Notes under the pieces: generated by a model
Seen by the model: the letters and a program-made list of their open reading frames with translations, nothing else
Databases searched by the model: none
What the model was told of the DNA's origin: nothing
Part shown: positions 1 through 8,490 of the stretch, piece by piece
Position numbering within the stretch: the stretch's first letter is position 1
Layout of the letters: each line of letters opens with the position of its first letter
NCBI GenBank assembly: GCA_964416155.1
Contig: CAYQCW010000007.1
Coordinates: forward strand, 51,088 to 115,087
DNA length: 64,000 nucleotides
From: an uncultured Nitrososphaerota archaeon
Lineage (GTDB): Archaea; Thermoproteota; EX4484-205; JAAOZP01
Reading direction: 5' to 3'
Made by a program: the position numbers and the translations under genes

Positions 1-1
1 T

Positions 2-937
2 TTAAAAGCGGATGAGGATTTCGCCCTAGCCTACAGCCCTGAAAGAATCTCTGCTGGAACAGTGTTAGCAGACTATTTGGAGAAGTATCCGAAGATAGTT
101 GGCTGCGATTCGCCTAGAAGCCTGGATCTGGTTGCCAACCTGTATTCAGCAGTCGTTAAAAGAGGCGTGATCAAAATGTCTAGCACTGTTGCAGCCGAGA
201 CTGAGAAGTTGTTCGAGGGAGTATATCGCGATGTCAACATAGCGCTGGCCAACGAGCTCGCTCGCCTCTGCGAGAAGATAGGTGTGCAATACGATGAGGT
301 AAGGGCAGCAGCCAACTCTCAGCCTTTCTCACACCTGCATACTCCGGGGATTGGCGTAGGAGGCGCCTGCATACCTGTATACCCTTATTTCATAATTGAG
401 ACAGGGCTTAAACAAGGGTTGCAGCTTCAAATCACGCAGCTGGCGAGAAGCATTAATGAAACGGCAACGCAACTATTCATTGAAAAGATCGCCAGGGCAA
501 TCCGGTTTCTAAACATGGATCCGTCTGAATGCAGCTTCGCGCTGCTCGGCTTATCTTTCAGGGGAGGCACATCAGACACTAGGCTTTCCCCAGCTCTGAG
601 AATACTCGAGTTCATTGAAAAAACCGGGGCAAGCTTCAGGGCCTGCGACCCGCTTGTCGAAAAAGTTGAAGGAAAGAGTGTTGAGATCCTCAGTGACTGG
701 AGGCAGGCAGTGCAGGGGGCTAATGTAATAATAATAGCAAGCGACCATAAGGAGTTCTACCAGATAGAGATAGAGGAAGCATCCAGTTTAGCTGGCGGAG
801 AAACTGCGATACTCGATGGAAAAAATGTCATCAGTAATCTAAACGGTAAACCCAAGCACCGTGTTCTTTACGTGGGAGTAGGAAGACCAGCGTTCCTAAT
901 AGAACCTGACGGTTTCAGAAAGCGTGCGGAAATATAG
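2..937 (+). CDS. Nucleotide-sugar dehydrogenase (UDP-ManNAc/UDP-GlcNAc dehydrogenase family), 5'-truncated by window edge
   Basis: Frame stays open to position 2 (LKADEDFALAYSPERI); motifs AETEKLFEGVYRDVNIALANEL and PGIGVGGACIP (catalytic Cys). Confidence 0.9.
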   Translation, partial: LKADEDFALAYSPERISAGTVLADYLEKYPKIVGCDSPRSLDLVANLYSAVVKRGVIKMSSTVAAETEKLFEGVYRDVNIALANELARLCEKIGVQYDEVRAAANSQPFSHLHTPGIGVGGACIPVYPYFIIETGLKQGLQLQITQLARSINETATQLFIEKIARAIRFLNMDPSECSFALLGLSFRGGTSDTRLSPALRILEFIEKTGASFRACDPLVEKVEGKSVEILSDWRQAVQGANVIIIASDHKEFYQIEIEEASSLAGGETAILDGKNVISNLNGKPKHRVLYVGVGRPAFLIEPDGFRKRAEI

Positions 938-1226
938 GGTTGAAAGAAGGCATATCCTAACGGTTGAGGAGTATTACTGGTTCCAGTTTCACTTTTAGCG
1001 TCAAGCAATCCTTAAGCGTATTCGGCTATGTGAAAGCCGTTATAATGTGCGTTATTAACTAGGATATAATGATATAATAAGCATGTTTAATGAGGGCGTT
1101 AGAAAATCCTCTACCAATAGCCCTTATCTGGACGTTTAGTAGCAAAATTAGTTATTAATGAGCTATTAGCACGCTATCAAATATCTTATTGATCTGCTAT
1201 ATGGTGAATATTGATGTAAGGCTGTC

Positions 1227-1652
1227 GTGCAAACCCTGATTTGGTTAGGAGGCTCGGTGAAAAACAGCCGGGCGCAATCTATGACGAGGCTAGGATTCCA
1301 CGGGTTCTCTGCCAGACCCGCTTGTTTCCTCAGACGGGTTGAGGAAGATGACGAGGTTGATGAGAAACGCGTTGTCATCGTTGGCCATTCGAGGCTTGGA
1401 AAGACAGCCCTGTGGAGGAGGAGAATTCGTGGAGAATTCTTGGCAACGAAGGCCGCGGACCCGGTTTACAGGCTGCTGGGTACGGATGGGCTGCCGGTGG
1501 AGGAGATGCCTCCTTTAAACCATCATGTAATGGGGACAATGGGTCATCATGTTCGCTCGGGTGGACACGCTTTAACCCTATACGATTGGGAGAGGTACAT
1601 GGATTTCGCGGATAAAGCGAAAAACGGAACCCCTTCCTGTTTACATCGCTAA
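1227..1652 (+). pseudogene. Internally deleted remnant of a CE15-like (glucuronoyl/acetylxylan) esterase
   Basis: Nucleophile motif GHSRLGKTALW joined almost directly to the C-terminal ADP-x-Y...HVRSGGHALTLYDW...DFAD segment; far too short for the family. Confidence 0.7.
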
Positions 1653-1864
1653 CACGAACGCGCTAACGCGTTATCCGTAGACATAGTCCAACAAGCTCTC
1701 GAGATGGGAAAATGCAGGATAGTGGAAATGCCGGTCAAATTAGTTTCCATTACTACTAAAATTCTAGTCGTGAAAAACATACCTCTACGAATTACTTATC
1801 TTTTATTTAACCTAGTGCACGTAAACCGGAAACCCTGAGCCCTAGTCGGCAATTCCCTGCAAGT

Positions 1865-1878
1865 AAAAAGTTATTAAA
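1865..1878 (+). promoter_or_regulatory. BRE/TATA promoter of tRNA-Gln
   Basis: AAAAAG-TTATTAAA about 25-30 nt upstream of ~1901; flanked by a 10-bp direct repeat TCCCTGCAAG (1854-1863, 1879-1888). Confidence 0.6.
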
Positions 1879-1910
1879 TCCCTGCAAGCAGGTTTTCAAC
1901 AAGCCCGGGA

Positions 1911-2041
1911 AGCCCGGTGGAGCCAACTAGGGTGCCGATTGTAATGGCAAAGCATCGCGCTAAGACATGGGGGGCTTTGGTGCAATTTCGCGCTTGCGGA
2001 GAAACCCCTTGATGAGAGTTCGAATCTCTCCCGGGCTACCA
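1911..2041 (+). tRNA. tRNA-Gln(TTG) with three introns (10/11: 1921-1939; 21/22: 1951-1964; 37/38: 1981-2003), CCA encoded
   Basis: Removing three BHB-bounded inserts gives AGCCCGG TG GTGT AATGGCAA ACAT G GGGGG CTTTGGA CCCCT TGAT GAGAG TTCGAAT CTCTC CCGGGCT ACCA. Confidence 0.9.
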
Positions 2042-2215
2042 TTGTACCCTAGTCAGGTCTACGTTCAAACTCTCGGTTTCTCATGTTCATAATTGTATTA
2101 CTTGGCGAACTCGCTGATAATTGACCATATCTGTGCACATAAGCAATTTGCTCTTTCGTACTCTCCGATAAGTTTTTAAGAGTGTCAGCCTCTGAATGCT
2201 TACATAGGAATCCGC

Positions 2216-2676
2216 ATGACTTTAAGCATGGGTTATCTCACTTCTAAGCAGAAGCTGATCTGGGATCTGAAACGTAAGGGTTTCTCTGAGGCAAGTATCG
2301 CCAGAAAGCTAGATGTGGCACGTCAAACAATTCACAAAGCCGTAAGCGTTTGTAAATCTAAAGTCTACATAGCACTTAAAGAGGCGGCCAAGCTCAATAA
2401 AATCGATGTTGAGACCATAGATCCGGCAAAGGGAATTTTGATAGTTACAGTCCAGAGTTCAAAACTAAGGCGCTTGTCACCTTTTCAGCCACCAATGGAA
2501 TTCAGGTCTGGTATAGGCATGAGGGAGATTGCAAAAATTGTGAACAGCTTCAAGTCTGCAGAGAAATGTTGCTGGTTGAGGCAAAAGACCGGAATATTCA
2601 ACTTCCAGAAAATGCAGATTCGATGTTGCCATCAAAACTGGCTAAAACTTTGTTCTCAAAGATCGTAGGTGAGTGA
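2216..2676 (+). pseudogene. HTH transcriptional regulator with a single frameshift near 2444
   Basis: N-terminal HTH (LTSKQKLIWDL...SEASIARKLDVARQTIHKAV); a protein-like continuation in another frame (YSPEFKTKALVTFSATNGIQVWYRHEGDCKNC...KIVGE*) ends at 2676. Confidence 0.7.
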
Positions 2677-2678
2677 AA

Positions 2679-3287
2679 ATGGGCATTCGCAAAAAATTGT
2701 TGGATTGGTGTCGAAAACCGAGAGAACGTGTTTCAGAATCAGCTATACCGCTGTTGTTACCTAACTTTGCTATGAGTTCTCGTTTCTTTTTGTATGTAGG
2801 ATTTGGATTGATTTTTCTGGCGTTGGTTTATTTACCCGTTAAGGTGTGGATTATTGTTCAGCCTGAGACCCCCGAAGTGGAGTTATGGCACTTAGGTCCA
2901 ATTTATGCACTACTAGTGGGGGTTTGGAGCCTTCCCTGCTTGCTTTTAGGAATTATAGAATCTTCCATATCTAAGAAAGTTGCTTCGTTGCGTCTTGCTC
3001 CAATTCTATGTCTTGCCAATATCTTTTTGATATTGACAATAGTGAACCAGATCAGATTCTGGCGTGGCATGGAGCTTCAGATGCTGCTTAACTACAGTCC
3101 ATTTCTTGCTCCGTGTGCAATCGTTAATATGATAGGGCTTCTCTATTTCGCAAATAGTGGAAAACTTGCAAAGGCTTTGAAAAATCCAATAATAAGAGTG
3201 CTTTTAATAATTATGTTTGCGGCAATCCCCTTCAGCATTACATGGGAAATATTATATTCTTGGCATCGCTGGGGTTTTCCTCATTAG
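2679..3287 (+). CDS. Multi-pass membrane protein of unknown function
   Basis: About 5 hydrophobic helices; starts 2 nt after the corrected HTH stop. Confidence 0.7.
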   Translation: MGIRKKLLDWCRKPRERVSESAIPLLLPNFAMSSRFFLYVGFGLIFLALVYLPVKVWIIVQPETPEVELWHLGPIYALLVGVWSLPCLLLGIIESSISKKVASLRLAPILCLANIFLILTIVNQIRFWRGMELQMLLNYSPFLAPCAIVNMIGLLYFANSGKLAKALKNPIIRVLLIIMFAAIPFSITWEILYSWHRWGFPH

Positions 3288-3514
3288 CGGACTTATACTG
3301 GCGCGTGGAGCGTTTTCGTCAGTTTTTCTAGGTTTGTAATTGACTCCAGAAATGATTTTGGACTGCAGCAGCATGCCACACATACCTACTAGCTTTGTGA
3401 GTTTCACAAGTCTGTGTTCTAGACCTTAAAATCTTCCTTTACGCTCATTCAGAGAGCATTTTCCAGAAAGGACATAGGATTGTGTCGTAACCCCGATAAT
3501 TTAAACCGATACGT

Positions 3515-3532
3515 GAACCTATCCCGGGCTAC
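3515..3532 (+). repeat. Degenerate copy of the tRNA-Gln 3' end (attR-like)
   Basis: GAACCTATCCCGGGCTAC vs GAATCTCTCCCGGGCTAC at 2022-2039 (16/18, last 11 nt identical). Confidence 0.65.
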
Positions 3533-3701
3533 TAGAATGGTTTAAAGCGTTATTTTCAATGCTGCTCATTGTTAAGCCATATACGTGTGTGTCTGAAGAC
3601 TCGGTTAGTGGAAACACGTGTTAAGAAACCCCGATAAACATTGAAAACGGGCAAATACTCCCCGCGTGTGCTAAATGCTCGATTAGAATTGTAATTAGCG
3701 T

Positions 3702-5450
3702 TTATGGAATTAATTTTCCTAAAGCAGAGTGTACGTCGCCCGCAGCCGTTTCCCTTCTCTTCCTGTTCTCCTTCAAGTATTTTCCAGCAAGGTTTTCGAA
3801 AACGCTTCTCGTAATACGTCCTCCTCTAAACCTTTCGATAGTGTTGTTAATCATGTTTTTAGAGTCGCCGTTTATTTCCTCGAAGACCCTGTAGCGTCTC
3901 TCAACCTCCTCGCCTACCCTGCTGTTTATTCGGGAGACCTCCTCGATTGTTTTCAAAATCTTCTTCTCAGCTTTCGATGTTCTCCGCTCGTATTCTCCAA
4001 CCCTCTCCCTATACTCTTTGGAAGAAATCCTTCCAACAGCGTTTTTAACCTTAACTTCCTCCAAGAGAGTTTCGCAATCAACTTTTTCCCGGAGAGCCTC
4101 AACCAAATCGTTCACAAGCCTCTCAACCTCTTTCCCTCTCTTGGCTTCAACAGGCTTCGCCGCCTCCTCCCTGAAGATCTCAGCCACCATCAGTACGAGC
4201 AGCGTCAATAGGCCTAGGAGCATTGAGATGCTTTTACCAGCCTCTAGCTGTGCCGAGGAGAAACTTACTTGAAACTGCTGAGCCAGCATGTCCGGCATAG
4301 CGTTGCGCATCGTGAGAGAGAACACTCCACCGTTTTCAATGCGTGCAAGGGTTGATTCCGCCTCTATCTTCCAGCTTTTCGCACCCTCCACTTTCACGCT
4401 TAAAAAGTATGTTTCAACGATATCCGTATAGTTGGGCAAGCCTGTTAGTCGAATAGTGGTTAAACCCCCGCTCGAGCTCACAAGCATGTTTTTAACAGGA
4501 ACGCTGTATTCAACTATTGCTTCATACTCCTGGCCTGGTCTCAAGGAGTATCTCGAATAAACCGTTATAACACTCGTATTAGCCGCTGTCGATGCGCTAG
4601 TGGAGGTTTGAAGCGCCCCCAGCGCATCCTTCACCCTAACTGATCGATTAATATTGATAGGCACGTTTATCTTCAGTATTTCGCTCCTGTAGGAGATCCC
4701 CACGTATTTCAGCCTCAACACGTCTTTCACATTGACCTGGAGCTGCTCCGTCACAGTTATCTCCCTAGCTAGGCTTTTTATCACACACCTGTCGAACGGT
4801 TTAGAGAAAACTACTCTACCAGTCACATTGCCCACAGTCTCCGTCCTGAAATACTGGTTCCATAATCCTATTACAGTGTCGTTCAGGAAAATAGGGTTAA
4901 AGTACTGCAGATAGTATCCTTTAATCGCGCCCGTGGTTAGGAAGGTGAAGTTAACGTATTCAGGCATTATGCTAAAGCCTGTTAAAACCGGTAGCTTAAA
5001 CCCCACGTAGTCTTCAGCAATATCGCCGCGTTGAATCAAGCCGAACCTGACTGTAGCGTTCAGCCGTTCAACCTGAAAAGGAGGAAGCTCCGCAACCAAG
5101 TAATCATAATCCTCAGCCTCCTCGAGCCTCAGAGCTATTTTCTCCCCGTTCTCAAGGAATAGTTTAGGCATGTCTGTGGAGAAAACAAGGTTTGGAGCCG
5201 CCCATTTCGGAAGCTGTATCTTAAAAGTCCAGTTGGCCTCGCCTAATGCTCTCATCGTCTTCGGCCCCATCGTCAGGTTCACGTTGAAAACGGCAATCGC
5301 CTCCTCATTCATGTTAGCCTTCACATAAACATAGAGGTCTGACAGCTCGAAGAACTGGCCTGAAGTCTTTATGCTTAGGAGAAGGCTGGAAACCAGTATT
5401 AGAACCAGTATGGGGACGAGCTTACACCCGGTTTTTCTACGCGGCTGCAT
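3702..5450 (-). CDS. Ribophorin I (Ost1/RPN1)-like type I membrane protein
   Basis: Signal peptide, two beta-rich extracellular domains, one TM helix, helical cytoplasmic tail; motifs IKSLAREITV..VKDVLRLKYVG..VKDALGALQTS..RYSLRPG..IVEYSVP..VEGAK parallel ribophorin I domain 2. Confidence 0.7.
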   Translation of the reverse strand: MQPRRKTGCKLVPILVLILVSSLLLSIKTSGQFFELSDLYVYVKANMNEEAIAVFNVNLTMGPKTMRALGEANWTFKIQLPKWAAPNLVFSTDMPKLFLENGEKIALRLEEAEDYDYLVAELPPFQVERLNATVRFGLIQRGDIAEDYVGFKLPVLTGFSIMPEYVNFTFLTTGAIKGYYLQYFNPIFLNDTVIGLWNQYFRTETVGNVTGRVVFSKPFDRCVIKSLAREITVTEQLQVNVKDVLRLKYVGISYRSEILKINVPININRSVRVKDALGALQTSTSASTAANTSVITVYSRYSLRPGQEYEAIVEYSVPVKNMLVSSSGGLTTIRLTGLPNYTDIVETYFLSVKVEGAKSWKIEAESTLARIENGGVFSLTMRNAMPDMLAQQFQVSFSSAQLEAGKSISMLLGLLTLLVLMVAEIFREEAAKPVEAKRGKEVERLVNDLVEALREKVDCETLLEEVKVKNAVGRISSKEYRERVGEYERRTSKAEKKILKTIEEVSRINSRVGEEVERRYRVFEEINGDSKNMINNTIERFRGGRITRSVFENLAGKYLKENRKRRETAAGDVHSALGKLIP

Positions 5451-5512
5451 CGCTAGCCGTATTTACACGCGGGTTAAAAATCTTTATTTTAAAGCCCAGC
5501 TGAGCTTAAACG

Positions 5513-6226
5513 ATGCTTCAAAACTACGTGTCGAAGAAGGCTATTATTCGCAAGACAGTCAGGTTTGAAGGGAACAATCTGGTTCTAGGTGGGAGCGAGA
5601 TAGGGGAGGGAACCTACATCGGGTTCAACACGATAATAGGGTATCCTTCTAAGAGGAGTTTTTCAAGCCTAAGAGCCATGCCGGAAGACCTCGACGTTCT
5701 CGACGAATTGTCAAGCGGCACGAAAATAGGCTCCACGTGCCTAATAAGGTCGGGAAGCGTGGTCTACGAGAATGTTGTCATTGACAGGAGCCTCGTAACC
5801 GGCCACAATATTCTGATCAGGGAGGGGAGCAGGATCGGGGAGAACTGTTTGATAGGCACAGGCTCCATGCTCGACGGAAGCGTTTCAATAGGCAACAACG
5901 TTAGAATACAGTCAGGCGTGTATCTTCCACACGGCACCGTTATTGGCGAAAACGTTTTCATAGGGCCCTACGCGTGCGTCACTAATGATCGCTACCCGGT
6001 TTCAGGCAGGCTGACCCCTGTTGTGATAGGCAACGGCTGCGTGATAGGGGCTAACTCAACGCTCATATCCGGGGTACGCGTTGGTGATAATTCTGTGGTT
6101 GCAGCGGGCTCCGTAGTCACTAGGGATGTTCCTCCAAACACGGTTGTCCTAGGCGTACCGGCAAGAATATATATCACTAGGGAAGAATACGAGGCGAGGA
6201 GGAAGAAGCATGAGCAAGGAGTCTGA
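5513..6226 (+). CDS. Hexapeptide-repeat sugar N/O-acetyltransferase
   Basis: Left-handed beta-helix repeats; IGANSTLISGVRVG..VVAAGSVVTRDVP..GVPAR. Confidence 0.9.
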   Translation: MLQNYVSKKAIIRKTVRFEGNNLVLGGSEIGEGTYIGFNTIIGYPSKRSFSSLRAMPEDLDVLDELSSGTKIGSTCLIRSGSVVYENVVIDRSLVTGHNILIREGSRIGENCLIGTGSMLDGSVSIGNNVRIQSGVYLPHGTVIGENVFIGPYACVTNDRYPVSGRLTPVVIGNGCVIGANSTLISGVRVGDNSVVAAGSVVTRDVPPNTVVLGVPARIYITREEYEARRKKHEQGV

Positions 6227-6503
6227 CGTGCTTTCAGAGGTTAAGAAGGCGGTTTCCAATGTTGTCGACCCCGAGATAGGGCTAACCCTTGGAGAACTAA
6301 ACCTTATCAAAGACGTTAGAAGGGAGGACGGCAACATAATCGTGGAATTCGTCGCAACAACACCCTTCTGCCCCTTGGCAGAGATCCTGGCCCTGATGGT
6401 TAAAGACGCAGCGAACACGGTGGTTAAAGACGAGAAGATCCTAGTTTACATTAGGAAACACGTTAACGAGGAAGGCATTAACGAGCGGATAAACAGGGAT
6501 TAA
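6210..6503 (+). CDS. DUF59/MIP18 (SufT-like) metal-sulfur cluster protein
   Basis: VVDPEIG..LGELNLI and TTPFCP motifs. Confidence 0.85.
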   Translation: MSKESDVLSEVKKAVSNVVDPEIGLTLGELNLIKDVRREDGNIIVEFVATTPFCPLAEILALMVKDAANTVVKDEKILVYIRKHVNEEGINERINRD

Positions 6504-6558
6504 TCGGGTTTAAAAGATATCCCGCTGAACCCTTTCTGTTTCTATGTTTGAACAGATT

Positions 6559-6943
6559 CTAATGTTTACTATCCTTTCCGTACTTTTTAATCAGCCTGTA
6601 AACCGCTGCCGCGTAAAACGGCAGTGTCAGCATCGTTAAAACCATTGATTCAACCGCTTGGGAAAGCAACCCAAACCGAGTAGCCCTAGAATACACTGCG
6701 CTAAAAAATAGTGCAAACGATAATGAGAGTGTGAATAGAGCTAGGAACATTACGCTTCTCCTCTTCGCCTTGAACTGTTTAATAATTACTCCGATAAGAT
6801 AATGGATTAGAAGAACAGCCAGCTGCCAGAAATATTACGCCGCTTTCATTAAGATTCCAGAGGCAGGACGGCAGATAGAACAAGGAAGAAAATATGAGCC
6901 ACCCTATAAGCAAGGGTGACAGCTCCTGTGGTTCCTCAAGCAT
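6559..6943 (-). pseudogene. Small membrane protein split by one frameshift near 6830 (or a sequencing error)
   Basis: MLEEPQELSPLLIGWLIF...ESGVIF joins WQLAVLLIHYLIGV...MFLALFTLSL after removing one base. Confidence 0.45.
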
Positions 6944-7134
6944 GCTACTGGGCTTCCCCCTATACAGGTTCCTAGATCCTCTTATGATCCGTTTTTCAAA
7001 CCCGGCGTAGCGAACAGTAGAAACCTACTTCATCACCCATCCCCGCAAAGCCGAGTATGCTGATAAAAGCGCGCTGCACGACTTAACCTTTCCACTGTGT
7101 TTAACTAGTTAAAACCACGAATATCATCGCTAAC

Positions 7135-8184
7135 TTAATAGAGCCTGTATCTTAAAATTCCCACTATGCCGCCGATCCTCCTAAGTTTCTCCGCCGACTC
7201 GTGTCTGCCGCTGACTATTGTTACTTCACCACCATACTGTTCGACAAGTCTTATCATCTCCATCACTCTCTCCCTCAGGAAGCCCGACTGGGAGGCTAGC
7301 TTAACGTGTATTATCAGCTGGCTTACCGCCCCTTTTTCAACAGCCTTCCATGTTTCCTCCAGACCGTAGACAGCCTTCTCCTCAACCAGGCTCTCAAAAA
7401 AGCTTTCTATAGCCTTTATCTCGTCGACAACCTTCAACTCCCTCGCCACAACCTTCATCTCATTGCTCCTCAGAAACTCGTTTACCGCCGATATTGTTCC
7501 CCCGGAAGAGTGGAAGCATCCAGCTACAGAGGCTTGAAGATCCCTATACTTGCTCTCCATGAGTTTCAAAAGGGCTTCGCGCGTGACGCTGGGGCCTACC
7601 AGAATTATCTTCGGCCCACCCTCCTTAATCCAGACGCCTCTAAGAGTCTTCAACACTTCCTGGAAAAATCTTACGGCCAAGGCCTCACGCTCCTCAGGAA
7701 AGTTTTTCCCAGGAATACTCTGCTCAACCTCGAGGCTTTCAACAATCCCGTAGTCCTTCACAACAGCCAGCGTAGCGGTTCCAAGCTCAACCGCCACGAC
7801 AATATACTTCTTCGTGTTCACATCCCGGCTTAGAATCCTCCTGTGAACAGGAGAGAGCTCCTGCTTCTCAACCACAACTCTGTCCCCCACGCCTATAGTG
7901 AGAGTATGATAATGGCCTAGAACACCCTCCATGTCATCCGGGCATTCTAAAACCCTGCCCCTGAGCTGAATGGTTTCCGACGAAACTTCGAACTCAATCT
8001 TCTCAACCATTATTTTCAAAAGAGCCTTGCGCCTGCTCTTTTCGCCCTTATCAATCTTCAATATTCGCACGGTTTCCGCTGAAGCCAAGTCGCCCTCTTC
8101 AATAAGGTGATACACATTCCACAACTCCTCCCCGGAGAACGGCCTTATCTCTAAGATACCTTTATCATAATCCACTTTAATCAT
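7135..8184 (-). CDS. pelA: mRNA surveillance protein Pelota (Dom34)
   Basis: ELWNVYHLIEEGD, GHYHTL, IPGK, AVYG and GGIVGILRY motifs. Confidence 0.95.
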   Translation of the reverse strand: MIKVDYDKGILEIRPFSGEELWNVYHLIEEGDLASAETVRILKIDKGEKSRRKALLKIMVEKIEFEVSSETIQLRGRVLECPDDMEGVLGHYHTLTIGVGDRVVVEKQELSPVHRRILSRDVNTKKYIVVAVELGTATLAVVKDYGIVESLEVEQSIPGKNFPEEREALAVRFFQEVLKTLRGVWIKEGGPKIILVGPSVTREALLKLMESKYRDLQASVAGCFHSSGGTISAVNEFLRSNEMKVVARELKVVDEIKAIESFFESLVEEKAVYGLEETWKAVEKGAVSQLIIHVKLASQSGFLRERVMEMIRLVEQYGGEVTIVSGRHESAEKLRRIGGIVGILRYRLY

Positions 8185-8490
8185 CTAAAACCCTTCTCCC
8201 CCGTCTTAACAGTAAAGCCATCCGCCAATCCAGCTGCTAAGCATGAGGCGAAAATATAAGTATTATTAACAAAACGCATGATTGCTACCATAAGAATTAT
8301 AACTCTTTGTGAAGATTACGGCTGTATAAACAGAATTTATTGTAACTGAATATCAGTCAGCCTTGTAACGAGAACGTTTATAATGCTCAATAGGAAGACT
8401 CTTTTTTAGAAAATGTGTCGAAGGGGCTTATCAATGGTTTATTTATGCAAAAATAATGTTTTTATACTTTTAGACCATTTCAAATAAAGA

